34,433 bases of DNA, from assembly GCA_036351155.1 (NCBI GenBank), contig JAZBOO010000380.1:1-34433 (forward strand). Direction: 5' to 3'. The translations under genes and the position numbers were made by a program. Numbering within the stretch: the stretch's first letter is position 1; each line of letters starts with the position of its first letter. The notes beneath the pieces were generated by a model that saw nothing but the letters and a program-made list of their open reading frames with translations, made no database searches and was not told the origin of the DNA. The DNA comes from Candidatus Krumholzibacteriia bacterium. Lineage in GTDB: Bacteria; Krumholzibacteriota; Krumholzibacteriia; LZORAL124-64-63. Positions 9,079 to 19,423 of this stretch are shown here, one piece after another.

Positions 9079-9798
9079 TCATCGATAGCAAGCCTTGAGG
9101 CTTCCCCAGGGGACGGCCACGGTGGTCACGGCCCCATCCGTGTACAAACAGAATGCCCGTTCCACGAGCTCGGGGACATCGGGGAAAATGAACGGGAAAA
9201 CCTGTGTCCAGTCCAGGATCCCGTAACTCGGGGCTTTGGCCATGGCGGGGCAGAGTTCGAGCTCTGCGCTGTGCCAGACCCAGTAGCCGCCGGGGTCAAT
9301 ATCCATCAGGGCCTGTACGCTGACCCAGTAGTTCTCACCCGCATCCATGGGCACGGCCGAGAAGGTGGCCGTGTATTCGATAGTGCCTTCGCCGAGATCG
9401 ACCTCGCTCCAGCTGGGAATCGACCGCACATAGATCGCCTCGCCCGAAGGTCCGGTGCATCCCGCCGAACGGAAGAAGGTGATGACAAAGCTATCCACCG
9501 GGCCAGCACCTTGCATCACGCCGCCCCACCACTTCATCATGGTGATGGCTTCATCGGTGGCCGGGACAAAATCGGCAATCTGAGTGACCACTTCGGGTGG
9601 GTTTGCGGAGATCTGACTTTCGATACCGAAGAGGTTTGCCGGCTCCTGGCACCAGACGGTCAGGCACTTGTCCGGACTGGATGGTGTGATGGGAGGGGAG
9701 GAATCGTTTTCGAGATGGGCGATGGGTCCGGCCAGGGCGACGGTGGCCAGCAGGCAGGTTGTCAGGGTCAACATTCTGATGATTTGACGGTTTTTCAT
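9079..9798 (-). CDS. Secreted hypothetical protein with C-terminal WGSLKACYR motif
   Basis: Sec signal peptide MKNRQIIRMLTLTTCLLATVALA; acidic, beta-rich, Cys-containing mature region; own promoter, G-rich RBS (GGGGGA) and terminator. Confidence 0.85.
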   Translation of the reverse strand: MKNRQIIRMLTLTTCLLATVALAGPIAHLENDSSPPITPSSPDKCLTVWCQEPANLFGIESQISANPPEVVTQIADFVPATDEAITMMKWWGGVMQGAGPVDSFVITFFRSAGCTGPSGEAIYVRSIPSWSEVDLGEGTIEYTATFSAVPMDAGENYWVSVQALMDIDPGGYWVWHSAELELCPAMAKAPSYGILDWTQVFPFIFPDVPELVERAFCLYTDGAVTTVAVPWGSLKACYR

Positions 9799-9915
9799 TT
9801 CAATCCCCCAGGTTGAAGTTCATTCTCTTCTCGGTGGGTCAATAAAGAACACCGCGACCTCCTTTCTTCCTGGGTTGGGTGGCGAGTGGCTGAGGCACCC
9901 GCGGGAGATTTCAGT

Positions 9916-9944
9916 ATGATATGCAAGTGAAAATGAGTTCGCAA
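9916..9944 (-). promoter_or_regulatory. Sigma70-type promoter for 9079..9798
   Basis: Minus strand TTGCGA-N17-TATCAT. Confidence 0.55.
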
Positions 9945-9974
9945 CATCATGCTCAACCCATGACGGTGACCGCC

Positions 9975-10008
9975 AAAAAACAACCACGCCCCTGGGGACG
10001 TGGTTGCT
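9975..10008 (-). terminator. Rho-independent terminator of etfBA
   Basis: Minus strand CAACCACGTCC-ccag-GGGCGTGGTTG followed by TTTTTT, about 30 nt after the etfA stop. Confidence 0.8.
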
Positions 10009-10035
10009 ATTTGCAAGTAAAACGGAGAGCCGGGT

Positions 10036-11007
10036 TTAACTGCGGATCTTGCCCACCTCGTCGGTCAAAGGCGGCACGATGTCGAACAGGTCGGCCACCA
10101 CGCCATAGTCCGCCACCTTGAAGATGGGGGCGTTGGCGTCCTTGTTGATGGCCACGATGCACTTGCTGCTGCTCATGCCGGCCAGGTGCTGGATGGCCCC
10201 GCTGATTCCACAGGCGATGTACAGGTTGGGCCCCACGGTTTTTCCGGTCTGGCCCACCTGGTGGCTGTAGTCCACCCACCCGGCATCGACGATGGCCCGG
10301 CTGGCCCCGGCGGCGGCGCCCAGGCTTTCGGCCAGCTTCTCGATCAGCGGGTAATTTTCCGGACCCTTGATCCCACGTCCACCGGACACGATGATCTCGG
10401 CCTCGGTCAGTTCCACCTTGCCGCCACCGGCGGCTTCCACCGACTTGACCACGGCCTTCAGGTCCAGCCCAGCCACACCGGCGTCGAAGGTTTCGGCGGC
10501 ACCGGGGCCGGCCTTCTCTTCGGGCACGAACGCGTTGGGCCGGATGGCCACCACGGCACCCCCGGAGGCCGGGGCCACATCCAGGAAACACTTGCCCGCG
10601 AAGATGGGACGACGAATCTCGAAGCCCCCCTCGTACTTCAGACCCACGGCATCACTCACGCATCCCCAGCCCAGCTTGGCGGCCACGGTGGGGGCCAGAT
10701 CCTTCCCCATGGCGGTGGCGCCCAGCATCAGCAGGTCAGGATTCTGAGCCTGGCAAAAGGTGGCCAGCGCCGTGCCCCAGGCCTGGCTGTTGTAGGTGGT
10801 GAAGACGTCGTCGCTGGCCGAGAAAACCTTGTCGGCTCCATACTTGGCGGCTTCGGCGCCGGCCGGTCCGGCATCGGGCCCCAGAAAAACACCCCACACC
10901 TCGCCACCGGCGCTGTCGGCCAGGCGGCGGGCTTCACTGATCATCTGCCAGGCGACCTTCTTCAGGGCACCGTCCCGCTGTTCGATGAATACGGCAATGT
11001 TCGGCAT
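10036..11007 (-). CDS. etfA: Electron transfer flavoprotein alpha subunit
   Basis: [62 protein letters not shown]. Confidence 0.97.
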   Translation of the reverse strand: MPNIAVFIEQRDGALKKVAWQMISEARRLADSAGGEVWGVFLGPDAGPAGAEAAKYGADKVFSASDDVFTTYNSQAWGTALATFCQAQNPDLLMLGATAMGKDLAPTVAAKLGWGCVSDAVGLKYEGGFEIRRPIFAGKCFLDVAPASGGAVVAIRPNAFVPEEKAGPGAAETFDAGVAGLDLKAVVKSVEAAGGGKVELTEAEIIVSGGRGIKGPENYPLIEKLAESLGAAAGASRAIVDAGWVDYSHQVGQTGKTVGPNLYIACGISGAIQHLAGMSSSKCIVAINKDANAPIFKVADYGVVADLFDIVPPLTDEVGKIRS

Positions 11008-11033
11008 TGTATTACTCCCTGGGCAGTGCCCGA

Positions 11034-11813
11034 TTAGATGACCTTGGCTTCTTCATTCAACAGGCGCGCCAGTTCCTTGGCGGCGGCCACCGGATCGTCG
11101 GCAGCCACCAGCTTGCACTCACCGCGCGGAGCGGGGGGCGAGTACATCTTGAAGGTCACCAGGTTGGCGGGTACCTCGATACCCAGGTCGGCACAGGTCA
11201 GGGTCTCCTGGGGTTTCATGCCGGCTTTCATGATGTTGGGCAGGCTCGGCAGGCGGGGCTCGTTCAAACCCTTCTGGCAGGTCAGCACCGCAGGCAGGGG
11301 GGCTTCGACCACTTCCTTGCCACCTTCGATTTCGCGGTGCGCGGTCAGGGTGCCCTCACCGAGGTCCAGCTTGGTGATGGTGGACACGTGGGGCAAGCCC
11401 AGCTTCTCGGCCACCAGGATGCCCACCTGGCCACTGTCGCCGTCGATGGCCTTGATCCCGAAGAGGATCAGGTCATAGGTCTCGCGCTTCAAGGCCGCAG
11501 CCAGCACGGTGGCGATGGCATTCTCGTCTGCCCCGTCCAGACCGGGATCAGAAATGATGACGGCCTTGTCGCAGCCCACGGCCAGGCAGTCCTTCTTCAG
11601 GGTCTCCTTGACGGTCTCCGGGCCGATGGTGATGGCGGTCACTTCGACCTCGCCACCCTTTTCCTTGATCTTCACGGCTTCTTCCACCGCATAAGCGTCA
11701 TAGGGGTTGAGAATACGGGTGAAGCCGGACTGGTCCAGCTGGGCGGCCGGAGCGGCCAGGTTGATCCGGGTTTCCGAATCCGGAACCTGTTTCACACAAA
11801 CGGCAATCTTCAT
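11034..11813 (-). CDS. etfB: Electron transfer flavoprotein beta subunit
   Basis: MKIAVCVKQVPD, NPYDAYAVEEA, AIDGDSGQVG, NEPRLPSL; GGAGG RBS. Confidence 0.97.
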   Translation of the reverse strand: MKIAVCVKQVPDSETRINLAAPAAQLDQSGFTRILNPYDAYAVEEAVKIKEKGGEVEVTAITIGPETVKETLKKDCLAVGCDKAVIISDPGLDGADENAIATVLAAALKRETYDLILFGIKAIDGDSGQVGILVAEKLGLPHVSTITKLDLGEGTLTAHREIEGGKEVVEAPLPAVLTCQKGLNEPRLPSLPNIMKAGMKPQETLTCADLGIEVPANLVTFKMYSPPAPRGECKLVAADDPVAAAKELARLLNEEAKVI

Positions 11814-11889
11814 GGTTCCTCCCGGGGACCAGAGATGGGGTCCCGTGTAGGTTCAAGACGATTTCGCACATCGGAAGATGATTAGCTCC

Positions 11890-11918
11890 ACAATAAAAGC
11901 AGCCCCGGGTCATGTCAA
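11890..11918 (-). promoter_or_regulatory. Sigma70 promoter for etfBA
   Basis: Minus strand TTGACA-N17-TATTGT. Confidence 0.65.
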
Positions 11919-11952
11919 TCGGCAGGAAACCCCGGTCGGGCCTTGCCGTTCC

Positions 11953-11980
11953 TTGCTTTTGGCGTCAATCACGCTAGAAT
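11953..11980 (+). promoter_or_regulatory. Possible sigma70 promoter for the RND operon
   Basis: TTGCTT-N16-TAGAAT, divergent from the etfBA promoter. Confidence 0.4.
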
Positions 11981-12044
11981 AATATCCTGACAAGTCCCGT
12001 GACGATTCCAGGTTCTCCCGATTTTCCGGAAGGTATTTTCTTCT

Positions 12045-13193
12045 ATGCGGCAATTGCATCTTCTGTTGTCACGCCCTGCTCACCTGTTCCAGGTCACCTT
12101 TCTGGCAGCGGCGATCATCCTCACCGGGGCCGGATGTACCGGCGACCAGAACAGCCAGCAGGCTGGACAGCCCGGACCGGGCCGCCCTGGAGCCGGCGGA
12201 AACCCCGGCCAGCGGCCCGCCCAGGAGGCGACTCCGGTGGCCATGACGCCCGCCGTGCGGGGGGACATTGCCAGCTACTATCGCGCCACTGCCTCGCTGG
12301 AGGCCGAGAAGGAAGCCCGGATTCTGGTCCGCGTCAGCGGCCTGGTGGGCAAGCTCTTCGTGGAGGAGGGCGATGAGGTTACCGAAGGGGCCCCCCTGCT
12401 GCAGGTGGACAACCAGGAGTACCGTTTTCGGTTGCAACAGGCCGAGGCCACCACGGGCAATCTGCGTTCCCGCTATCAGAGATTCGAGGCCATGCTGGCC
12501 GAGGACCTGACCACCGAAGAGGAATTCCAGGCGGCCCGCAGTGACCTGGCCAACGCCGAGGCCGAAGAGGGCCTGGCCCGCTTGAACCTGTCCTACACCA
12601 CCGTGCGTGCGCCCTTTGCCGGCCGGATCACTTCCCGGCTGGTGGACGTGGGGCAGAACCTGGCAGTGGGCAACGAGGTCATGGTCATGGCCGATTTTCA
12701 CCCCCTGCTGGCCCGGGTTCACGTGCCCAGCCGTGAATTCAACAAGCTCAAGCAAGATCAGACCGTGGACCTGTCTCTGGACAGCAGCGGCGAGGAGCTG
12801 AAGGGGCGGATCAAGCTCATCAGCCCGGTCATCGACCCGGCCAGCGGCACCATCAAGGTCACGGTCGAGGTTCCCGATTACCCCCAGGGCACGCGTCCCG
12901 GCGATTTTGCCGAGGTGAACATCGTCACCGAGTTGCGCCGGAACACCTTGCTGGTGCCTTCGGGGGCGGTCTTCACGGACAAGGGTGAGTCGGTGGTCTA
13001 TGTGGTTGGTGAGAGTGGTCAGGAAAATGAACCCGGCATGGTGGCCCATCGCCGCACGGTCGTGGTGGGGTTCACCGATGACCATCACACGGAGATCCTG
13101 GAAGGGCTGACCGACGGGGACGCGGTTGTCACCCGCGGCCAGCGGTCGCTCAAGGATGGCGCTGCCGTCAAGATCCTGGACACCCCATCATGA
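12045..13193 (+). CDS. RND efflux periplasmic adaptor (membrane fusion) subunit, probable lipoprotein
   Basis: Lipobox-like LTGAGC; lipoyl halves VSGLVGKLFVEEGDEV and VRAPFAGRI; ISPVIDPASGT; GLTDGDAVVTRG. Confidence 0.93.
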   Translation: MRQLHLLLSRPAHLFQVTFLAAAIILTGAGCTGDQNSQQAGQPGPGRPGAGGNPGQRPAQEATPVAMTPAVRGDIASYYRATASLEAEKEARILVRVSGLVGKLFVEEGDEVTEGAPLLQVDNQEYRFRLQQAEATTGNLRSRYQRFEAMLAEDLTTEEEFQAARSDLANAEAEEGLARLNLSYTTVRAPFAGRITSRLVDVGQNLAVGNEVMVMADFHPLLARVHVPSREFNKLKQDQTVDLSLDSSGEELKGRIKLISPVIDPASGTIKVTVEVPDYPQGTRPGDFAEVNIVTELRRNTLLVPSGAVFTDKGESVVYVVGESGQENEPGMVAHRRTVVVGFTDDHHTEILEGLTDGDAVVTRGQRSLKDGAAVKILDTPS

Positions 13194-16100
13194 GGGGACT
13201 GGTCGATCTTGCGGTTCGCCGCCGGGTGACGGTGGTGATGGCCGCGCTGGCTGTCGTCGCTTTTGGCGTGGTGGCGTACCAGCGCCTTTCTCTCGAGCTG
13301 TTTCCCGATATCACCTATCCCTCGCTGACCATCCAGACCGATTTCCCGGACACCGCCCCCCAGGAAGTGGAGAACCTGGTGAGCCGGCCCATCGAGGAAG
13401 CCGTGGGCGTGCTGCGCGGGTTGCAGAACATCCACTCGGTCTCGCGACCCGGGGTGTCCGAGGTCACCCTCGAGTTCGAGTGGGGGGCCGACATGGATAT
13501 CCTGTCCATGGAAGTGCGTGAGAAGATCGACCGTCTGGTCTTGCCCCAGGAAGCCACCGATCCGGTGGTCCTGCGCTTTGACCCCAGCCTGGATCCCATC
13601 ATCCGTCTGGCCATCAGCGGACCCGGCGATCTGCGTGTGCTGCGCCGTCTGGCGGACAAGCAGATCAAGCAGGATTTCGAGACCATCAAGGGTGTGGCAG
13701 CGGCCGAGGTCAAGGGCGGCCTGGAGGAGGAAATCCAGATCGAGGTGGACCAGAACCGTCTGGCCGCCCTGGGCATTTCCCTGGACCAGATCCAGCAGGT
13801 GGTGGGCGTGGGCAACGTCAACTTGCCGGGTGGAGCTCTGCGCGGCCGGGACAGCCAGTACCTGATCCGCACCATCAACGAGTTCGACGACACCGAGGAA
13901 ATCGCCGACCTGATCATTCGTCACCAGGATGGGGCCTCGGTCCGGCTGGGCGATGTGGCCGAGGTTTTCCGGGGCAGCAAGGAGCGGGATGAGATCACGC
14001 GGGTTCGTGGTCTGGAATCGGTGGAGATCTCCCTGTACAAGGAGGGCGATGCCAACACCGTGGCGGTGGCGCGCCGTCTGCAGGAACGCATCGCCGAGTG
14101 GCAGAACGGCAAGCTGCCCCCTGGCGTGACCATGACCATCCTGTTCGATCAGTCTCATTTCATAGAGCAGGCCGTCAACGAGGTCCGCAACAGCGCCCTC
14201 ATGGGCGGCGCGCTGGCCTTCCTGGTGCTCATACTCTTCCTGCGCGATGGCCGCAGCACCCTGATCATCACCACCAGCATTCCCGTCAGTGTGGTGGCCA
14301 CCTTCATCGCCATGTACCGCCTGGATATCAGCCTGAACATCATGTCGCTGGGGGGGCTCACTCTGGGCATCGGCATGCTGGTGGACAACTCGATCGTGGT
14401 GCTGGAATCCATCTATCGCAAGCGTAAAGACGGCCACGACCTGGTCACCGCGGGCGTGCTGGGCACCACAGAGGTGGGCCCGGCCGTGGTGGCATCCACC
14501 TTGACCACCGTGGCGGTTTTCTTGCCCATCGTTTTTGTGGAGGGGATTGCCGGGCAGCTGTTCCGGGACCAGGCCCTGACGGTCACCCTGAGCCTGCTGG
14601 CCTCCCTGGTGGTGGCCGTGACCCTGATTCCCATGCTCAGTGCTGCCGGTGGCCGCTTGCCCCGGCCCGGAGTGAAGATCGGCGTCAAGCAAACCGACCA
14701 CGGCGAGGAAGAAACCCAGATGGAGATCCCCGAGGTGCGGGATGCCATGAGCCTGGGCTGGTTCTCTCGCGGATATGGTCGTTTGCTCGACGGGGCTCTG
14801 ACCCGGTCGGCCCTGACCCTGATCATCGGTTTCGGACTTTTCTTCGCCTCCATTTACGCGGTGCGCTTCCTGGGCACGGAACTGATTCCCCAGCTCACCG
14901 AGGGCGAATTCTTCTTCGAGGTGAAGCTACCCGAAGGAGCTTCCCTGGCGGCCACGGACCGCACCCTCCAGGTCATGGAAAAGGCCGCCGCCGAGGACAC
15001 GTCCCTGGCCATCTACTACGCCACCGTGGGCAGCCGCCAGGTGTCCGGTGGGGTGTCGGTGAACAACAAGGCCGAAAATCTGGGCCAGCTCAACCTGGCC
15101 ATGAAGGACAAGGCCGATCAGGCAGCCGAGGCGATGGCCGCCGAGCGCCTCCGCCAGGCTTTCGTGGATCTGCCCGACCTGGAGGTCAAGTTCGGGCGGC
15201 CCAGCTACTTCAGCCTCAAGACCCCTATCGAGGTCCTGGTGTTCGGCGATGATCTGGACGATCTCCGGGCCTACTCGCTGGATCTGGTCCGGCGGCTGGA
15301 GAACATCGACGGCCTGGTGGACGTGCGCAGCAGCCTGGAGGCCGGAAATCCCGAGTTGCAGGTGGTGTTCGATCGCCAGCGCCTGGCGGCCCTGGATCTG
15401 GACATGGGCGTCCTGTCGGAAACCCTGAAGAACAGGGTCCTGGGCGTGGTCCCCACCCGCTTCCGCGAGGAAGATCGCCAGATCGATATCCGTATCCGCA
15501 ACCGGGAAGAAGACCGTCAGTCGCTGGCCGATGTGCGCAATCTGGTCATTCCCGGGGCCGACGGCCAGCCATTGCGCTTGCTGGCGGTGGCGGACATTTC
15601 CGAGTCGCGCGGCCCGGCGGAAATCCATCGGCTGCAGCAGCAGCGTGCCGCCGTGGTTTCGGCGAACCTGGAAGGCCGCAGCCTGGGGGCGGCCATCACC
15701 GAGGTCAAGCAACAGCTGGCGGCCAGCGCGGTTCCCGGCGGTTTGAGTATCGAACTGGGGGGGCAGAACAAGGAGATGGAAGTCAGCTTCAACAGTCTGC
15801 GTTTCGCCCTGATCCTGGCCGTGTTCCTGGTCTACCTGGTCATGGCCTCCACCTTCGAGAGTTTCCTGCATCCGTTCCTGGTGCTTTTCACCATTCCCCT
15901 GGCTCTGATCGGCGTGGTGGCTGCCCTGTGGGTCACCGGGACCACCATCACGGTGATCGTGCTCATCGGCGCGGTCATGCTGGTGGGTATCGTGGTGAAC
16001 AACGCCATCGTGTTGATCGACACGATCAACCGGTTGCGTCGGGCCGGGGCGGCCAAGGACCAGGCCATCATTCTGGCGGGACACCTCAGGCTGCGCCCCA

Positions 16101-16330
16101 TTCTCATGACCACCCTGACCACGGTGCTGGGCCTTTTGCCCATGGCCCTGGCCTGGGGACAGGGTGCCGAGCTCAGATCGCCGCTGGCCATCACCGTGGC
16201 CGGTGGGCTGTTGCTGAGTACCTTGTTGACTCTGGTGGTGATTCCCGCCGCCTACCATCTGGTTCCGTCGCGCGTGGGCACCGAAGATGACCCCGCCGCC
16301 GACCCGCAGGCCGTGAGCGAGTTGCCATGA
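13190..16330 (+). CDS. RND efflux permease subunit (AcrB/AcrD/AcrF family), copy 1
   Basis: 1046 aa; LNIMSLGGLTLGIGMLVDNSIVVLE, GIVVNNAIVLID, RLRPILMTTLTT. Confidence 0.95.
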   Translation: MRGLVDLAVRRRVTVVMAALAVVAFGVVAYQRLSLELFPDITYPSLTIQTDFPDTAPQEVENLVSRPIEEAVGVLRGLQNIHSVSRPGVSEVTLEFEWGADMDILSMEVREKIDRLVLPQEATDPVVLRFDPSLDPIIRLAISGPGDLRVLRRLADKQIKQDFETIKGVAAAEVKGGLEEEIQIEVDQNRLAALGISLDQIQQVVGVGNVNLPGGALRGRDSQYLIRTINEFDDTEEIADLIIRHQDGASVRLGDVAEVFRGSKERDEITRVRGLESVEISLYKEGDANTVAVARRLQERIAEWQNGKLPPGVTMTILFDQSHFIEQAVNEVRNSALMGGALAFLVLILFLRDGRSTLIITTSIPVSVVATFIAMYRLDISLNIMSLGGLTLGIGMLVDNSIVVLESIYRKRKDGHDLVTAGVLGTTEVGPAVVASTLTTVAVFLPIVFVEGIAGQLFRDQALTVTLSLLASLVVAVTLIPMLSAAGGRLPRPGVKIGVKQTDHGEEETQMEIPEVRDAMSLGWFSRGYGRLLDGALTRSALTLIIGFGLFFASIYAVRFLGTELIPQLTEGEFFFEVKLPEGASLAATDRTLQVMEKAAAEDTSLAIYYATVGSRQVSGGVSVNNKAENLGQLNLAMKDKADQAAEAMAAERLRQAFVDLPDLEVKFGRPSYFSLKTPIEVLVFGDDLDDLRAYSLDLVRRLENIDGLVDVRSSLEAGNPELQVVFDRQRLAALDLDMGVLSETLKNRVLGVVPTRFREEDRQIDIRIRNREEDRQSLADVRNLVIPGADGQPLRLLAVADISESRGPAEIHRLQQQRAAVVSANLEGRSLGAAITEVKQQLAASAVPGGLSIELGGQNKEMEVSFNSLRFALILAVFLVYLVMASTFESFLHPFLVLFTIPLALIGVVAALWVTGTTITVIVLIGAVMLVGIVVNNAIVLIDTINRLRRAGAAKDQAIILAGHLRLRPILMTTLTTVLGLLPMALAWGQGAELRSPLAITVAGGLLLSTLLTLVVIPAAYHLVPSRVGTEDDPAADPQAVSELP

Positions 16331-19300
16331 CCCTACCCGAAATTGCCGTCAAGCGCCCGGTGACCGCCCTGATGGTCATCATCAGTCTGGTGGTGCTCGG
16401 TGGGGTGGCCATGAACCGGCTGCCGCTGGCCTTCATGCCGGACATCACCGAGCCCGAGCTGTTCATTCAGCTGCCCTATCAGAACGCTTCGCCCGAGCAG
16501 GTCGAGCGCATGATCGTGCGACCGGTGGAAGATGCCGTGGGTTCGGTCAAGGGCCTGCAGACCATGTGGTCGCGTTGCGGCAGCGATGGGGGACGCATCC
16601 GACTGGGCTTCGACTGGTCCACGGACATGCACGTGGCTCGGGTCGAGGTCTGGGAGCAGATCGATCGAATCCGGGGTGATCTGCCCGAGGACATGGAGGA
16701 CATCCAGGTCTCCACCAGCTGGGACAGCCAGGACAGCGATGCGCCCATTCTGGAGGGGCGGCTCAGCTCTCCTCGCGATCTCAGCGAAAGCTATGACCTG
16801 CTGGAGCGGAAGATCATTCGGCCTCTGGAAAGGGTGCCGGGGGTGGCCCAGGTGCGCCTGGACGGCGTCAATCCGCGCGAGGTGAGAGTCAACCTGCGGA
16901 TCAGCGACCTGGAATTGCATGGAATCGATGTACGGGATGTGTCCCGGATCTTGCGGTCGGGCAACTTCGATCAATCACTGGGCAAGATCACCACCGGCGA
17001 TGCGCGTTACACCCTGCGCACCATCGGCTCGCTGGACGATGTTCAAACCATCCGCGATTTGCCGCTGCGCTCGGATGGGTTGCGACTTTCCGACGTGGCC
17101 GACGTGGTCTACGAGGAACCCCCCCTGGAATACGGCCGCCACCTGGATGGGCATTTCGCCATCGGCGTGACGGTGTCCCAGGAGTCGCGAGCCAACACGG
17201 TGGCGGTGTGCGACGCCCTGCAGGCCGAGATCGATGCCATGAACAACGACCCCGAGCTCGAAGGGGTCAATTTCCTGGTCTGGTTCAACCAGGGGCAGGA
17301 AATCCGCAAAACCCTGGGTGACCTGACACAGACGGGCGTATTCGGGACCATCCTGGCTTCCCTGGTCCTGTTCCTGTTCCTGCGCCGCTTTGCCACCACC
17401 GTGGTGGCCGTCACCTGCATTCCGTTCAGCCTGATCGTCACTTGCGGCATCATCTGGGCCTCAGGCAAAACCCTGAACACCTTGACCTTGCTGGGGCTCA
17501 TCGTGGGCATCGGCATGCTGGTGGACAATGCCGTGGTGGTCATGGAGAACATCTTCCGCCATCGGGAAAACGGGGCCGATCGGAAGACTGCCGCCCGCCG
17601 TGGTGCCGCCGAAGTTTCCACCGCCGTGGTGGCCGCGACCCTGACCTCGGTGATCGTGTTTCTGCCCCTGATTTTCAACAAACCCAGCGAGATGAACATC
17701 TATTTGAAGGAGCTGGGCATCACGGTTTGCTTGACCCTGCTGGCCAGTCTCTTCATCAGCCAGACCCTCATCCCCCTGGCCACCAGTCGGTACATCAAGA
17801 GCAAGCCACGGCCCAAGGAAAAGTGGCTGGTCGGCCTGGAAAACCGGTACGTCGGTCTGCTCCGTTTCAATCTCCGGCGCTGGTACGTGGGGCTGGGGCT
17901 GGGCATCCTTTTCGTGCTGTCCATGTGGTATCCCTTCACCCACATCGACATGAACTTCGAGACCAGCGAGCCGCAGCTTTTCGTGCAGGTGAGTTATCGG
18001 ATCAGCGAGGAACTCAGTCTCGAGAAGAAGCAGGAACTGGTGTCCCGGATCGAGCAGGATCTGGAGCCTCACCGCGAGGAACTGATGGCCCGGTCCATCT
18101 ACAGTTTCTGGAACGACCGCTTTGCCCTCACCAGGGTTTACCTGCAAGAGGGGCAGGCCAGCGATGAGAATCTGGCCAAGGTGCGCACACGCTTGGCCGA
18201 GGTTTTGCCGGAAATCCCCGGTGTTCAGCTGCGGGTCGAGGAAAACCGGGCGGGCTGGCGTCGGCACCGGGGCGGGGGCAACCGCCTGGCCTTCCAGATC
18301 GTGGGCGATGACACGGGCGTGTTGTTGGAGCTGGCCGAGGAGGCGACCGCGCGGCTGGAAGCCATTCCCGGACTGGTTCAGGTCGAGGCCCGGCATCAGG
18401 AAGCCCAGCAGGAACTGCACATCCAGCCCGACCGCGATCTGGTGAACCGCTACGAGGTGTCGCCCAACCAGGTGGCCCAGGTCATCGGGTTGACCTATCG
18501 CGGGCAGCGGCTACGCCGTTTTCGGACGGCCGACGGCGAGCGCGAAATGCGTCTGACCCTGGATGAGCAGAAAACCGAAAGCATCGGCCAGCTGAGCAAC
18601 CTGCCCCTGCGATCCGGGACCGGCGAAGAGGTTCCCCTGGCGGCGGTGGCCGAGTTCCTGCAGGTGCCGGGGAGAGAAAGCATTCAGCGGGACAACAGGT
18701 TGACCAGCATCTGGGTCAATGCCCGCTACGAGGGCGGAACCCGGGAAGATTTCATGCCCGTGGTGGCCCAGACCATGGAGGCCATGGAATTTCCCTACGG
18801 CTATTCCTGGACCTTCGGCCAGTGGCAGCAACGGCAAAAAGAGCAGTCCCAGGAGTTCTATTACAACCTGGGTCTGGCCCTGTTGCTGGTGTTTGCCGTC
18901 ATGGCGGGTCTGTTCGAGTCCGTGCGGCAGGCCCTTGCGCTGATGATCTCCCTGCCTTTTGCCATCGCCGGGGCGGCGTGGACCTTGTACTTCACGGGCA
19001 CGGATTTCGATCAGCCGGCGGCCATCGGATTGCTGCTCCTGATCGGGATCGTGGTCAACAACGGGATCGTCATGCTGGAGCACATCAACCAGTACCGGCG
19101 CCACGGGATGCCTCGTCACCAGGCCATGGTGACCGGTGGCCGGGAGCGGTTGCGGCCCATCATCATGACGGCGGTGACCACCCTGATCGGGCTCGTGCCC
19201 ATTGCTGTTCAGAAACCCTCTCTGGGAGGGGTCTATTATTATTCCATGGCTCTGGTCATCATGGGAGGACTGTTCGTCAGCACCATCTTGACCACGGTGC

Positions 19301-19422
19301 TTCTGCCCACCATGACCAGTGTCCTGGAAGACAGCCTGGGCTGGCTGGCCCGCAAGCTGGGTTTCCTGAAGGACGAAGACCAGAACCAGGGTGACGAGCC
19401 GGATCCCGTGGCGGAGAGCTGA
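16327..19422 (+). CDS. RND efflux permease subunit (AcrB/AcrD/AcrF family), copy 2
   Basis: 1031 aa; GIGMLVDNAVVVMENI, GIVVNNGIVMLE, RLRPIIMTAVTT; ATGA overlap with copy 1. Confidence 0.95.
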   Translation: MTLPEIAVKRPVTALMVIISLVVLGGVAMNRLPLAFMPDITEPELFIQLPYQNASPEQVERMIVRPVEDAVGSVKGLQTMWSRCGSDGGRIRLGFDWSTDMHVARVEVWEQIDRIRGDLPEDMEDIQVSTSWDSQDSDAPILEGRLSSPRDLSESYDLLERKIIRPLERVPGVAQVRLDGVNPREVRVNLRISDLELHGIDVRDVSRILRSGNFDQSLGKITTGDARYTLRTIGSLDDVQTIRDLPLRSDGLRLSDVADVVYEEPPLEYGRHLDGHFAIGVTVSQESRANTVAVCDALQAEIDAMNNDPELEGVNFLVWFNQGQEIRKTLGDLTQTGVFGTILASLVLFLFLRRFATTVVAVTCIPFSLIVTCGIIWASGKTLNTLTLLGLIVGIGMLVDNAVVVMENIFRHRENGADRKTAARRGAAEVSTAVVAATLTSVIVFLPLIFNKPSEMNIYLKELGITVCLTLLASLFISQTLIPLATSRYIKSKPRPKEKWLVGLENRYVGLLRFNLRRWYVGLGLGILFVLSMWYPFTHIDMNFETSEPQLFVQVSYRISEELSLEKKQELVSRIEQDLEPHREELMARSIYSFWNDRFALTRVYLQEGQASDENLAKVRTRLAEVLPEIPGVQLRVEENRAGWRRHRGGGNRLAFQIVGDDTGVLLELAEEATARLEAIPGLVQVEARHQEAQQELHIQPDRDLVNRYEVSPNQVAQVIGLTYRGQRLRRFRTADGEREMRLTLDEQKTESIGQLSNLPLRSGTGEEVPLAAVAEFLQVPGRESIQRDNRLTSIWVNARYEGGTREDFMPVVAQTMEAMEFPYGYSWTFGQWQQRQKEQSQEFYYNLGLALLLVFAVMAGLFESVRQALALMISLPFAIAGAAWTLYFTGTDFDQPAAIGLLLLIGIVVNNGIVMLEHINQYRRHGMPRHQAMVTGGRERLRPIIMTAVTTLIGLVPIAVQKPSLGGVYYYSMALVIMGGLFVSTILTTVLLPTMTSVLEDSLGWLARKLGFLKDEDQNQGDEPDPVAES

Positions 19423-19423
19423 T

